Shown: positions 39,778-49,584, counted from the stretch's first letter. The stretch: 64,000 bases of DNA from an uncultured Candidatus Saccharibacteria bacterium (GCA_947090635.1 CAMUOM010000001.1:42277-106276), one strand, 5' to 3'. The notes: a model not told the origin generated them from the sequence alone. Translations and numbers: made by a program.

Positions 39778-39851
39778 TGGGGATTGGCCAAGCGGTAAGG
39801 CACTGGGTTCTGGTCCCAGGATCGGGGGTTCGAATCCCTCATCCCCAGCCA
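39778..39851 (+). tRNA. tRNA-Gln (anticodon CUG), CCA encoded
   Basis: Cloverleaf: acceptor tggggat/atcccca, D-arm gcc-aagcggtaa-ggc, anticodon stem ctggg/cccag, loop ttCTGgt, T-arm ggggg-ttcgaat-ccctc, discriminator G, CCA. Close to E. coli tRNA-Gln. Confidence 0.9.
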
Positions 39852-39859
39852 TGATATTA

Positions 39860-39890
39860 TTAAACGCAGTTTATCAACTGCGTTTTTTGT
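39860..39890 (+). terminator. Intrinsic terminator after tRNA-Gln
   Basis: aaacgcagtt-tatc-aactgcgttttttg. Confidence 0.8.
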
Positions 39891-39903
39891 TTCCAACCAC
39901 TAT

Positions 39904-41541
39904 TTAGGCCGCTCCAACTTGCAGTACGGTACCACCGAGCTTACGACGAAAATAATTATCGTGCGAAATATAAATGATAGCCCCTGCGTACCCCGCTAGC
40001 GCCTGTTCTAGCTCTTCGATACTTGGCAAATCAAGGTGTGAGGTCGGCTCGTCTAGAATAATTAAATCCGGATTATTAGCAAGCATACGAATAATTTGCA
40101 GCCGAGCCTTCTGACCACCAGATAAATTATCAACCAACATATTACCATCGCCCTCAGTAAACAAATAGTTGCTGAGTAACTGCCGAATTTTAGTATCGCT
40201 AATCGGCAAATCTCGCCTGAGATAAATTTGCTCAATCGCCGCCTTTAAGGTCAACCCAGCATACTGGCCACCTTCTTCCTGTTCGTAAATACCAATACGA
40301 ATCTGGCTGTCTAAATGCGCCTCGCCTGCAAAGATTTTCGGTCCAGCGAGACCCAATATAGCCTTAAGTAGCGTACTCTTACCCACGCCGTTACGGCCAC
40401 GCAGCTCAAGACGCTCACCACTCCGCAACGCAAAATTAATGTGCTCCAAAATTGGCGCCTGATAGCCCACTGCCAAATCAATCGCTTGCACGAGCGGCCG
40501 CTCACTCCGCAATTTCTCACCCTTCATTGACACTTTAATGTTTTTTGCCTGATATTTCGCATAACGATCAGCATCTTTGTAACCAACTTGCGCTAAAGAC
40601 TCACGGTCAATCCAAAAACTCGGCCGCTCTTTATTTGACAACTCATCCAATTCAGCGCGAGCATTCTCCTCAAGTCGTTTAAACTGATGAATTGTCGCCG
40701 GATTGCGCGCTTTCTCCTTTAATCGCTTATAATCAATCACCTTTTGTTGCAAATTCTTCATTCGCTTCTCAATCTGCTCGTAATCTTGCATTGCCGTAGC
40801 TGTGCCATGTAAATTCTGCCGAATATAATCATCATAATTACCCTTGTAACTTACCGACATGCCATCCTTTATCTCGATAATGCGGTCAACATGTTGCAAG
40901 ACGTCGCGGTCATGCGTAATAATCAACATCGCTTCCGGCGCCGCCACCAACCAATTGATAAATTGTTCCTTAGCTACATAGTCCATAAAGTTAGTTGGCT
41001 CGTCAATCAGTGCCAAATCTGCCTTTGCATGCATAATTTTAATCACTTCACTAAGGCGCTTTTGGCCACCCGACAAGCTCTTAAATGGCTGCTCCATTAC
41101 ACCATCAAGCTGGAATTTCTTTAGCTCCTCCTCAACTTCACCCTGAATATTGTAGTATCCGCGCTCGCCAAATTCATCAAGTGCAGCGCTATAACGCTCA
41201 ATCTGTTTATCTGTTGGATTTTCGAGTAGCGGAAACTCGCGCAACGTTCGCGACAAACTAGCATAATGCGGCAGACCAGCTAAAATATATTCAGTCGCTG
41301 TTGAATCACGCACCTTGTCATATTCCTGCGATGTTGACACTAACGAAGCGCCCTTACGCAAAATAATCTGGCCAGTGTAGTCATTATCTTCACCGGTAAT
41401 GATTCCAAACAGTGTCGACTTGCCAATGCCGTTACGACCAATCAGGCCGACTTTTTCGCCAGACTCAAGCGTAAACTTTACATTAGTATAAAGCTGCTTC
41501 ACGCCAAAAGATTTTTCACTGACCGCCACCTGAAGTAACAT
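39904..41541 (-). CDS. ABC-F family ATPase (two ABC domains, no TM; EttA/Uup-like)
   Basis: Two Walker A sites (GRNGIGKST and GRNGVGKST) and two LSGGQ signatures. 545 aa. TGcTAAAAT lies 8 nt upstream of the ATG. Confidence 0.85.
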   Translation of the reverse strand: MLLQVAVSEKSFGVKQLYTNVKFTLESGEKVGLIGRNGIGKSTLFGIITGEDNDYTGQIILRKGASLVSTSQEYDKVRDSTATEYILAGLPHYASLSRTLREFPLLENPTDKQIERYSAALDEFGERGYYNIQGEVEEELKKFQLDGVMEQPFKSLSGGQKRLSEVIKIMHAKADLALIDEPTNFMDYVAKEQFINWLVAAPEAMLIITHDRDVLQHVDRIIEIKDGMSVSYKGNYDDYIRQNLHGTATAMQDYEQIEKRMKNLQQKVIDYKRLKEKARNPATIHQFKRLEENARAELDELSNKERPSFWIDRESLAQVGYKDADRYAKYQAKNIKVSMKGEKLRSERPLVQAIDLAVGYQAPILEHINFALRSGERLELRGRNGVGKSTLLKAILGLAGPKIFAGEAHLDSQIRIGIYEQEEGGQYAGLTLKAAIEQIYLRRDLPISDTKIRQLLSNYLFTEGDGNMLVDNLSGGQKARLQIIRMLANNPDLIILDEPTSHLDLPSIEELEQALAGYAGAIIYISHDNYFRRKLGGTVLQVGAA

Positions 41542-41608
41542 ATAACATATTTTAGCATACCTATGGCATTATTATGGCTTAAGCGCTAAAATAGATATAA
41601 GGAATTTT

Positions 41609-42244
41609 ATGATATCATTCAAACAACTCGGCGACACTCTCAATAGCATCTGGTGGCTAGCACTAGCCAGCAGTGTGACAGGCATTCTATTTGGTGGTGC
41701 TATTCTGCTATGGCCACATTATATTCTCAATGTACTTATTTATTTTATTGCCTTCTGTGTAATAGCTGCTTCCATTTTTACACTAGCCCGTAGTATCAAC
41801 CAGCCCAAGCTTCGTCCACTCTGGTGGTTACCCTCTCTATGGTCAATAATTGGTATTGTTGGTGGCATATATATCATCATTGCCCCATCGATTATGCACA
41901 TCGCAATCGGCATTGTACTAGCCGTATTTATTATTCTACAATCTTTTTTTGATATCATTACCGCTAGTTACTCCAACCCAGACCAAAATCGCCTCAACAT
42001 GTTAATTCTGGGCATTGCCGGCTTAATTTTTGGTGCAACCGCATTATTTCTACCACAATTAACCGCTGATGCTATGATTTGGCTCGTCGGGGTCTATATT
42101 TTTGCACATGGCATTTTATCTGCCTATTATCTATACCAGATTCGCCGTACCGCGCTAAAATTGGTCAAGCCAATCACCAACCCACGCGAAGCTAATGCAA
42201 TCGAAGCTGAAGTCAAACCAATAGAATTACATAAGGACAATTAA
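41609..42244 (+). CDS. HdeD/DUF308-family membrane protein
   Basis: 211 aa of repeated hydrophobic helices with a Trp/Gly-rich pattern typical of DUF308. Confidence 0.6.
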   Translation: MISFKQLGDTLNSIWWLALASSVTGILFGGAILLWPHYILNVLIYFIAFCVIAASIFTLARSINQPKLRPLWWLPSLWSIIGIVGGIYIIIAPSIMHIAIGIVLAVFIILQSFFDIITASYSNPDQNRLNMLILGIAGLIFGATALFLPQLTADAMIWLVGVYIFAHGILSAYYLYQIRRTALKLVKPITNPREANAIEAEVKPIELHKDN

Positions 42245-43053
42245 TGGATATTATTACTTTTATTGAAACACTTATTCTCGGCGCCGTCCAAGGCTTAACT
42301 GAATTCATCCCAGTGTCATCATCAGGGCATCTTATTGTACTGGGCGACATCTTTCGCGACCACAATAATCTCCATCTTTTGGTACAAGCACTCGATTTTG
42401 GTACCGTCCTAGCGCTAATCATCTTCTTCCGTCATCGCATCGCCGACCTCTTTCGGCAAGTATTTATTAAACGCGACTACAAACTATTACGCAACCTTAT
42501 TATTACCGCATTTCCAGTATGCTTAGTTGGACTAGTCCTTCACAAATTAATCGAACACTCCGACTTCTTCACTTCCGCTACAGTAGTAGCAATTGCCATG
42601 GGCTTAGTAGGTATCTTGATGATAATTCTCGATAAATTACCGCATAAATCGAGTGTTGCCGACGGACATGAGTTAACTCCACTGCGCGCTCTCGTTATTG
42701 GCTTAGCACAATGTTGCGCACTAATTCCGGGCGTATCTCGCTCTGGTTCCACCATTATCGCCGGCGAATTTATGGGGTTAAACTCAAAAGCTGCCGCTGA
42801 ATATTCATTTATGGCTTCTTTGCCAGTCATGCTAGCCCTCGTTGCAAAATTAATTGTCGGCGATCACAGTTATCTGATTCAAGCTTGGCCAATAGTATTG
42901 CTGGGCAATATCGCCGCCTTCATCTTCGGCATAGCTGCCATTAAATTCCTACTAAATTATCTCTCAAAGCGTGGCGTCAAAGCTTTCGGCTACTATCGCG
43001 TCATCCTCGCCGCCATTATCGTTGTCGTCTGTATCGGCATCAAAGCGTTTTAG
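42244..43053 (+). CDS. uppP: Undecaprenyl-diphosphatase
   Basis: The N-terminus GAVQGLTEFIPVSSSGHL and the later SRSGSTI block are BacA/UppP signatures. Its ATG overlaps the upstream stop as TAATG. Confidence 0.85.
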   Translation: MDIITFIETLILGAVQGLTEFIPVSSSGHLIVLGDIFRDHNNLHLLVQALDFGTVLALIIFFRHRIADLFRQVFIKRDYKLLRNLIITAFPVCLVGLVLHKLIEHSDFFTSATVVAIAMGLVGILMIILDKLPHKSSVADGHELTPLRALVIGLAQCCALIPGVSRSGSTIIAGEFMGLNSKAAAEYSFMASLPVMLALVAKLIVGDHSYLIQAWPIVLLGNIAAFIFGIAAIKFLLNYLSKRGVKAFGYYRVILAAIIVVVCIGIKAF

Positions 43054-43113
43054 CATTAGCATTATTTAGAATAATTTAGTATAATTATATATAGTTATTG
43101 AAGAGGGGGGTAT

Positions 43114-45201
43114 ATGTCTAATAGTATTAGAATTAGCAGCGTCAAACTATGGCGCGATCGGCTCATTTTAGCCATCATATTAACGATACCATTTATTTAT
43201 TTTTTAGCAATTGACTTGTTTGGCAACAATGTGCTATTCGCACAAGAGCTTAAACCATACACCGCCCCAGCATCATTTATTATTGACACTATTGCCATTG
43301 TATACTTAGGATCTAGTTTCTTTCACAATATGATTCGTGGTTTACGACAACGTCTATTCAATATGGATAGTATTATATTTATCGGCACAGCCACCGCTTA
43401 CGTCTACTCATGGGTATCTTATCTGACATATATCGTCAACCAGCGCAGCATCTTCATGAACTATTCATTCACCACACCGCACCTCTATTTTGAAACTGTA
43501 GTATTTCTCTTTCTCTTCGTTACGCTCGGTAAATATGTCGAAGCTCGCGCCACACACTACACTAGTCAAAGTGTTCGCAAGCTATTACGCCTCCGTCCAC
43601 GCCGCGCACATTTAATTAACAGTGGCAATCACTCCGATATCCCAGCTCGCCGCATTCAGCCTGGCGACCGTATTTTGATTCTACCAAACGAGATCATTCC
43701 AGCAGATGGCGTAGTTGCTCGTGGCATCACTAGCGTAGACGAATCAATGATTACTGGTGAAAGTATCGCCGTAGATAAAAAGCTTGGCGATAGTGTTGTT
43801 GGCGGCACTATTAATGGGCAAGGTCAGATTGAAATTATTGCCGATTCTAGCGAAGGCGATAGTACATTGTCGCGCATTGTAGATATAATGCAAAATGCAC
43901 GCTCGTCACATCAAACATCAACTAATATTTCAGATCGTATCTCAACAATATTCGTACCATTTATTATTGCCTTTGCTCTCATAACATTCGTCATTTGGTT
44001 CTATATCCTCAACTCAGCGCTTTCGACCGCACTCATCGCCTTTATCTCAGTCTTGATGATTGCCTGCCCATGCGCCTTTGGATTAGCTGTGCCTACAGCC
44101 TTAACTACTGGTATCGATCGTGCTGCCAAATTCAATATTTTTGTCAAAAATGCCTTATCGTTCCAGAAGCTAGCTAAAGTTGATACCATCGTATTCGACA
44201 AGACCGGCACATTAACCGAGGGTAAGCCAACCGTTACCGATATTGTAGCACTACAAGGCAGCAGCAAAGTAGCTCTACAAATCGCCGCTAGCTTAGAAGA
44301 AAATAGTAACTATGCCCTAAGCCAAGCTATCGTCAAACGTGCTGAGCATAGTCGTCTAAAATTGTTACCAGTATCTGGCTTCAACGTTATTAACGGCCAA
44401 GGTGTCAGCGGTAAGGTCAATGGCAAAAAATACTTTGTTGGTAATTCTACCTTAGCCGCAAAACATCTTCGGGGTGAGTTGCCCGACACTAGTAGATTAC
44501 ATAAATCAGGCAAGCATGTTTGCTATTTGTCCACTAGTAATGAGTTAATCGCATATTTTGCTATTTCCGACCAGCCAAAACCTACCTCGGCTCATACAAT
44601 CCGCATGCTGCACAGAATGGGCATCGATACTTACTTATTATCAGGTGACAATTCAGGCACCGCAAAAGCTATAGCAAACCGCCTAGGAATTAAAAAGGTT
44701 ATTTCAAATATCACACCAGAAGGTAAAGTTGACACAATTATCTCTCTTCAGCGGGAGGGTAAATGTATTGCTATGCTTGGCGACGGCGTCAATGATGCAC
44801 CAGCTATCGCTACAGCAGATGTTGGCTTAGCCATTGGCACTGGGGCTGATATTGCTATTGAAGCAGGCGACATTGTATTAGCTTCGGGCGATCCGCTCGA
44901 CATCTGCCATGCTATCCATCTCGCTAAGGCCACCAATAGCAAATCGTACCAAAATATCTTTTTTGCTATATTCTATAACCTCATTAGTATGCCAATCGCC
45001 GCTGGCGCATTAGCGCCATTTGGCGTTCAAATGCATCCCGAGCTAGCTAGCTTGATTATGGCACTATCATCAATTGCAGTTGTTATAAATTCTACTACAT
45101 TACGTACAATAAAGTTGGGCAAACGCGACGTTATAGCGACCATTTCACCAGTTACATTGTTCATTTTGTTCTCAGCAATTTACCTAATTGTAATTCATTA
45201 A
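43114..45201 (+). CDS. P1B-type heavy-metal-translocating P-type ATPase (no N-terminal metal-binding domain)
   Basis: CPC in a TM helix (MIACPCAFGLAVPTAL). DKTGTLT phosphorylation site. GDGVNDAPA hinge. 695 aa. GAGGGGG SD upstream. Confidence 0.85.
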   Translation: MSNSIRISSVKLWRDRLILAIILTIPFIYFLAIDLFGNNVLFAQELKPYTAPASFIIDTIAIVYLGSSFFHNMIRGLRQRLFNMDSIIFIGTATAYVYSWVSYLTYIVNQRSIFMNYSFTTPHLYFETVVFLFLFVTLGKYVEARATHYTSQSVRKLLRLRPRRAHLINSGNHSDIPARRIQPGDRILILPNEIIPADGVVARGITSVDESMITGESIAVDKKLGDSVVGGTINGQGQIEIIADSSEGDSTLSRIVDIMQNARSSHQTSTNISDRISTIFVPFIIAFALITFVIWFYILNSALSTALIAFISVLMIACPCAFGLAVPTALTTGIDRAAKFNIFVKNALSFQKLAKVDTIVFDKTGTLTEGKPTVTDIVALQGSSKVALQIAASLEENSNYALSQAIVKRAEHSRLKLLPVSGFNVINGQGVSGKVNGKKYFVGNSTLAAKHLRGELPDTSRLHKSGKHVCYLSTSNELIAYFAISDQPKPTSAHTIRMLHRMGIDTYLLSGDNSGTAKAIANRLGIKKVISNITPEGKVDTIISLQREGKCIAMLGDGVNDAPAIATADVGLAIGTGADIAIEAGDIVLASGDPLDICHAIHLAKATNSKSYQNIFFAIFYNLISMPIAAGALAPFGVQMHPELASLIMALSSIAVVINSTTLRTIKLGKRDVIATISPVTLFILFSAIYLIVIH

Positions 45202-45230
45202 AAAATTGTTGTAAAAAGTGCAAAATACTA

Positions 45231-45380
45231 TTGCAACCGTATAGCGCATGTGTTAATATAATAACAAGCAAAAGTTCAAACAAAAACTTGAAACAAATAG
45301 TTCTAGAGCGAATTTTTGCTTTTGTCTCCACCACACACCTCTTTTGAGCCGGCCACTACCTCTTGCCGGCTCTTCTTTGT
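45231..45380 (+). ncRNA. Candidate short transcript in the ATPase-trmD intergenic region (promoter to terminator, about 115 nt)
   Basis: -35 TTGCAA at 45231-45236, 17-nt spacer, -10 TAATAT at 45254-45259. Terminator hairpin agccggc-N11-gccggct at 45347-45371 followed by cttctttg. No ORF. Confidence 0.2.
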
Positions 45381-45382
45381 AT

Positions 45383-45420
45383 TAAAAATAGAACACTCAC
45401 ATAGTGTTCTATTTTATTTT
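45383..45420. terminator. Bidirectional intrinsic terminator (serves trmD on the minus strand)
   Basis: aaaaatagaacact-cacat-agtgttctattttatttt. Confidence 0.7.
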
Positions 45421-45432
45421 GATAAATTATAT

Positions 45433-46083
45433 CTATTTTACTTCGTGTTCACGACGCCAAGCTAATACTTTAGCGTGGTCACCCGATAATAGCACTTTTG
45501 GCACCGCTTGCCCCTCAAACACTTCTGGGCGAGTATATTGAGGGTATTCAAACTCAGCTTCATCAGAATAGCTTTCTAATGCCGTAGCCTCAGCGCCACC
45601 ACCCAGCACCCCAGGCAACAGGCGTACCACCGAATCAATAATCGACAATGCTGGCAATTCACCACCCGTCAAGACATAGCGACCAATCGATATCTTTTCA
45701 TCAACCAACGCCTCTACGCGCGCATCAAAGCCCTCGTAACGGCCACAAACGATTATATAGTTATCACTACTCTCAGCAAACTCTTGTGCCTTCTTTTGGC
45801 ACCAAATATTTGGGGTTGGCGACATTAACAACACTCTAGCGCCAGGCAACATTTCTTTGGCGCGCGTTATCGCCTTGCTTAGCGGCTCAATCATTAACAA
45901 CATGCCAGCACCACCGCCAAATGGCTTATCGTCTACTTGATGGCGCGGCCCTAGTCCAAAGTCGCGCAAATTAAGCAGCTGAAACTCCGCCTTGCCGTCT
46001 TTCTGTGCTTTCCACATCATTGATGAATTTAGTACTGGTTCAATAATTTCGGGAAATAGCGTAATAATTAAAAATCTTTTCAC
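45433..46083 (-). CDS. trmD: tRNA (guanine37-N1)-methyltransferase
   Basis: ITLFPEI near the N-terminus, and FGGGAGMLLMIEPL and LTGGELPA typical of TrmD. A GTG start was chosen just before KRFLIITLFPE, with TGcTATAAT 7 nt upstream. The upstream ATG at 46146 is the alternative. Confidence 0.75.
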   Translation of the reverse strand: MKRFLIITLFPEIIEPVLNSSMMWKAQKDGKAEFQLLNLRDFGLGPRHQVDDKPFGGGAGMLLMIEPLSKAITRAKEMLPGARVLLMSPTPNIWCQKKAQEFAESSDNYIIVCGRYEGFDARVEALVDEKISIGRYVLTGGELPALSIIDSVVRLLPGVLGGGAEATALESYSDEAEFEYPQYTRPEVFEGQAVPKVLLSGDHAKVLAWRREHEVK

Positions 46084-46199
46084 TATTAAAATTATAGCAT
46101 ACAACCAAAAAGACGCCCCTCTATCAAGGACGTCTTTCAGGCACAAATAAATCTCGCATTTATTTTATTTAGTTCGCGCACAACTTCGAACTGATATAA

Positions 46200-46580
46200 T
46201 TATATATCAAGGTCGTTGATTTCCGCAATACCTTTTTTAAGATTTTTTAGACGGTCATCAGTGTTTTCCACATTTTCAGAGGAATTATTTTCCACAGCCG
46301 ACTTGTTATCATTCTTCGACTCAGTGGAAGCATCAATCTCATCGGTATTAATAATTTTAAGATAATAGTGTTCACTATTCTTAGTGCCCAGCGCACGCAA
46401 CAAAGTACGTAACGCTACAGCAGTATCACCATGAGAACCGATAATACGCCCTAAATCAGACTTGTTAACCCAAAGTTTAAGCAACACGCCAGATTCATCG
46501 GTAACGCGCTCTATTCTAACGTCTTTCGGATTTTCTACAATCTGTTCAGTAATGTATTTAATAAAATCTTTTTCAATCAT
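46200..46580 (-). CDS. KH-domain RNA-binding protein (YlqC/UPF0109-like) with an Asn/Ser/Glu-rich C-terminal tail
   Basis: LKLWVNKSDLGRIIGSHGDTAVALRTLL is a KH-like GxxG segment. It sits in the usual position in the rpsP operon. AAGGAG SD upstream of the chosen ATG. Confidence 0.6.
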   Translation of the reverse strand: MIEKDFIKYITEQIVENPKDVRIERVTDESGVLLKLWVNKSDLGRIIGSHGDTAVALRTLLRALGTKNSEHYYLKIINTDEIDASTESKNDNKSAVENNSSENVENTDDRLKNLKKGIAEINDLDI

Positions 46581-46667
46581 ATTCCCACTCCTTTCATTAA
46601 CATTGATATGATACAAAAACAACCTTAGCTACCCATCAAGCCATTAGCCAGATGGGCAGCAACTTAT

Positions 46668-47009
46668 TTAAGCTTCGACAGCTTCAGCCTCTTTGGGCTG
46701 ATTCTTGCGTAGCTTTTCTGGATTACGAACAGCACCCTTTTGCGCAGCGCTAAATTTCTTAACCCAGCTAGGTAATGCAACACCTTCCTTCTCAAACAGA
46801 GCGGCAACACGAGTAGTTGGCTGCGCACCATTTGATAGAAACTTGTTAGCATCGTCCTTATTTAATTCAACAGCCTTGGTATGAGGATTGTAAGAGCCTA
46901 AATAGCTCACGACCTTACCACTAGTTGGATGGCTATGTGAATCTTGTACTACAATGCGATAAGTCGCATAATGCGCCTTACCTAATCGTTGTAAACGGAT
47001 AGTTAACAT
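46668..47009 (-). CDS. rpsP: 30S ribosomal protein S16
   Basis: MLTIRLQRLGKAHYATYRIVVQDSHSHPTSGKVVSYLGSYNP matches the bS16 N-terminal consensus. GAGGA SD upstream. Confidence 0.85.
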   Translation of the reverse strand: MLTIRLQRLGKAHYATYRIVVQDSHSHPTSGKVVSYLGSYNPHTKAVELNKDDANKFLSNGAQPTTRVAALFEKEGVALPSWVKKFSAAQKGAVRNPEKLRKNQPKEAEAVEA

Positions 47010-47115
47010 TTCTTCCTCTTCGTCCTTTTTTAACTCTTAATGACGGCTTAAGTATTATTTTACTCTACATCGACCAATAACGCAATAGCAAAATCAACAT
47101 CTTGTGTGCTAAAAC

Positions 47116-47158
47116 GCCAAAAAGAAAAGCCCTCTCTAGAGCTCCGTTAGAGAGGGGG
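47116..47158 (-). terminator. Strong intrinsic terminator on the minus strand, about 115 nt upstream of rpsP
   Basis: 9-bp stem ccctctcta/tagagaggg with a 9-nt loop, followed on the minus strand by cttttctttttgg. Confidence 0.7.
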
Positions 47159-47432
47159 GTATACCTTAAATATTTTTACTGTGATAGCAAACCATAAAAA
47201 AGCTCACGTAAAAATAATCATAGTAGCGCAATTAGCGAATCAATCCTTGGAGTGAACGTGGAGGAGACTCAGCCAATCGGGTATATAGCACATGCCTACA
47301 ACTCGGAGAGTGCTTGCTACTAAGTAGACATAGCCTGCGCCATTGCAGGCTAAATTGTTTTCACTTTACATCTCACCCCTAGAGCAGGAATTGAGACACT
47401 TTTACATTACCACACTTTATTATTTTAGTCAA
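47159..47432 (-). ncRNA. Candidate non-coding transcript between glyS and rpsP
   Basis: Minus-strand -35 TTGACT (plus-strand 47427-47432), 17-nt spacer, -10 TAATGT (47404-47409). No ORF of 60 aa or more on either strand. Ends at the 47116-47158 terminator. No SRP, tmRNA or RNase P motifs were recognised. Confidence 0.25.
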
Positions 47433-47526
47433 ATATGTCACTTACATTTAGACCTGTTATGCTACATGGTAACTATAGTTTCACAGATTCCCAATAATCT
47501 TTGGCTCTCCTCACTACTTTAGTCAA

Positions 47527-48876
47527 CTAATCTTGAAAATGATTGACTAACTCAGTAATTTTAACTCGCTCCTGCTCAGTAGTATCACGGTTACGCACCG
47601 TCACGCTATCGTCGTCTAGACTATCAAAGTCAACTACTACGCAGCTTGGCACACCAATCTCGTCGGCTTTACGATAGCGCTTACCGATGTTGCCACTATC
47701 ATCCCAGTTTATGCGGCCTGGGAAAGCATCATTAAGCTCATCATATACTGCCTTAGCTTTAGTTACTAACTCCGGCTTATTCTTTAGCAGCGGCGATACT
47801 GTTACTAGTACTGGTGCTAGTGCCTTTGGCAAACGCAACACATTACGCTTACTACCACCAACTTCATCCTGTTGGTAAAATGCACTCAGGATTGCCATAA
47901 CTAGGCGTTCAACACCAAACGAAGGCTCAATCACGTGTGGCACAAATGGTTCACTACCATCCTTAGGGCGATATTCCATCGACTTCTTCGCTACACGTTC
48001 AATATTCTTTAAATCAAAATCGGTACGGTAGGCAATACCCATCAATTCTTCACGGCCAATTGGGTAATCAAATTCAACATCAACCGTACGACGACTATAG
48101 TGCGCTCGGTCGTTTTCTGGCACCTCATACTCATGAATCTTATCTGCCGGTAAACCAATCACCTGTTCCAAAAATTCATGTACTAGTTTTAATAGAGACT
48201 CAAAATGCTTTTCCCACTCATCCGGCTTCACAAAATACTCGATTTCCATCTGCTCAAACTCGCGCGAGCGAAAAATGAAATCACGTGGGCTAATCTCATT
48301 GCGAAACGCCTTACCTTGTTGAGCTAAACCAAATGGCAAATCAGGGTAAACCGTATCCACCACATTACGGTAATTTGTAAAAATGCCCTGCGCAGTCTCT
48401 GGTCGCAAATAGGCCACCGCATCAGCTGTATCAATTGGCCCCACCGTTGTCTTGAACATCATATTAAAGCTTCGCACCTCAGACAATTCGTTGCCATCCG
48501 GCGATTTTATATTGTGCTCACGAATCAACTTGGTAATTTCATCGTTACTTAAGCCCTCAGCTGAGATACCGGCGTCTTTCAATAAGTGGTCGGCACGATA
48601 ACGGCGATGATTAACTAAATCTTCTACCAATGGATCAGCAAAAGTTGCGACATGTCCCGATGCCTGCCATACTTTAGGATTCATAATAATAGCAGCATCT
48701 ACACCGTAAATCTCGCGATGATGGTCAACAAAAAATTGCCACCATAAATCCTTTACACGACGCTTCAATTCGACACCAAGCGGGCCCCAATCCCAAGTGC
48801 CAGCGAGGCCACCATAAACATCTGACCCCTGATAAATAAACCCTCGACGCTTACATAGCGATATAATATCTTCCAT
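47527..48876 (-). CDS. glyQS: Glycine--tRNA ligase (alpha2 homodimeric type)
   Basis: CKRRGFIYQGSDVYGGLAGTWDWGPLG is the hallmark N-terminus of alpha2 GlyRS. 449 aa. TGcTATAAT lies 7 nt upstream of the ATG. Confidence 0.9.
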   Translation of the reverse strand: MEDIISLCKRRGFIYQGSDVYGGLAGTWDWGPLGVELKRRVKDLWWQFFVDHHREIYGVDAAIIMNPKVWQASGHVATFADPLVEDLVNHRRYRADHLLKDAGISAEGLSNDEITKLIREHNIKSPDGNELSEVRSFNMMFKTTVGPIDTADAVAYLRPETAQGIFTNYRNVVDTVYPDLPFGLAQQGKAFRNEISPRDFIFRSREFEQMEIEYFVKPDEWEKHFESLLKLVHEFLEQVIGLPADKIHEYEVPENDRAHYSRRTVDVEFDYPIGREELMGIAYRTDFDLKNIERVAKKSMEYRPKDGSEPFVPHVIEPSFGVERLVMAILSAFYQQDEVGGSKRNVLRLPKALAPVLVTVSPLLKNKPELVTKAKAVYDELNDAFPGRINWDDSGNIGKRYRKADEIGVPSCVVVDFDSLDDDSVTVRNRDTTEQERVKITELVNHFQD

Positions 48877-48891
48877 AATACTATTATAGCA

Positions 48892-49584
48892 CTACACCTG
48901 CGCGGCAGCTGCAGCCAAATAAACCGCATTAGATAATACAGCGTCATCTATACCGACTAAACGCGCCGCTACGGCGGCGTCATTCGCTAAAAGCACCCGC
49001 AATAATTTTAATACTACGGTATTATACCGTCCCTGCGGGTTAAAAACAAATACACCGTCCGCCTTATTGTAATCATAGCTCGCGCCTTCCACCAGCTGCA
49101 TCCCGTTGCTATCCGTCAATAAGTTTAATTCCATTCCAGATAAACGTGCTAACTTCAAATAAAACCATGTCTTCACAATACGCAAATCAACCGTTGACTT
49201 ATCCAATAACTCAATTACACCCAACAGAATGTCATATAACTCCGGCGACTCAATCGCGTCAGCTAATTTAGACGTTCGTTTGATAGCATCATAGCCAAAC
49301 TGCAATCGGTCATAATCGGTCATAATATAATCATAAAAATGCATTAGACGCGCACTTGTTAACGTCCACATCCCTTGCAGATTCATTGCGCTCTTCGCCA
49401 AACTAAGTTCACATGTAGCAAACAGTTCGATACAACCAGCCAAGCGCGACTGCTCCCGACGCACGCCACGTGCAATCACCGCCAACTGGCCGTGTTCACG
49501 CGTCAAGACGCTCAAAATTCGATCTGCTTCCTTGTAATTAGTCCGACGCAAAATAATGCCAGTAACTTTCAGCGTATCACTCAT
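48892..49584 (-). CDS. recO: DNA repair protein RecO
   Basis: N-terminal OB-fold region LKVTGIILRRTNYKEADRILSVLTREHGQ. About 230 aa. Its ATG overlaps the upstream stop as ATGA. Confidence 0.75.
   Translation of the reverse strand: MSDTLKVTGIILRRTNYKEADRILSVLTREHGQLAVIARGVRREQSRLAGCIELFATCELSLAKSAMNLQGMWTLTSARLMHFYDYIMTDYDRLQFGYDAIKRTSKLADAIESPELYDILLGVIELLDKSTVDLRIVKTWFYLKLARLSGMELNLLTDSNGMQLVEGASYDYNKADGVFVFNPQGRYNTVVLKLLRVLLANDAAVAARLVGIDDAVLSNAVYLAAAAAQV

Noticed and set aside
47040-47526. SRP RNA, tmRNA or RNase P RNA in the glyS-rpsP gap
   Set aside because: I could not find the conserved SRP domain IV (GGAAGCAGCC), the tmRNA 5' GGGG...3' UCCACCA ends or the RNase P AGGAAAGUCC motifs. 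The region is kept only as an unclassified ncRNA candidate.
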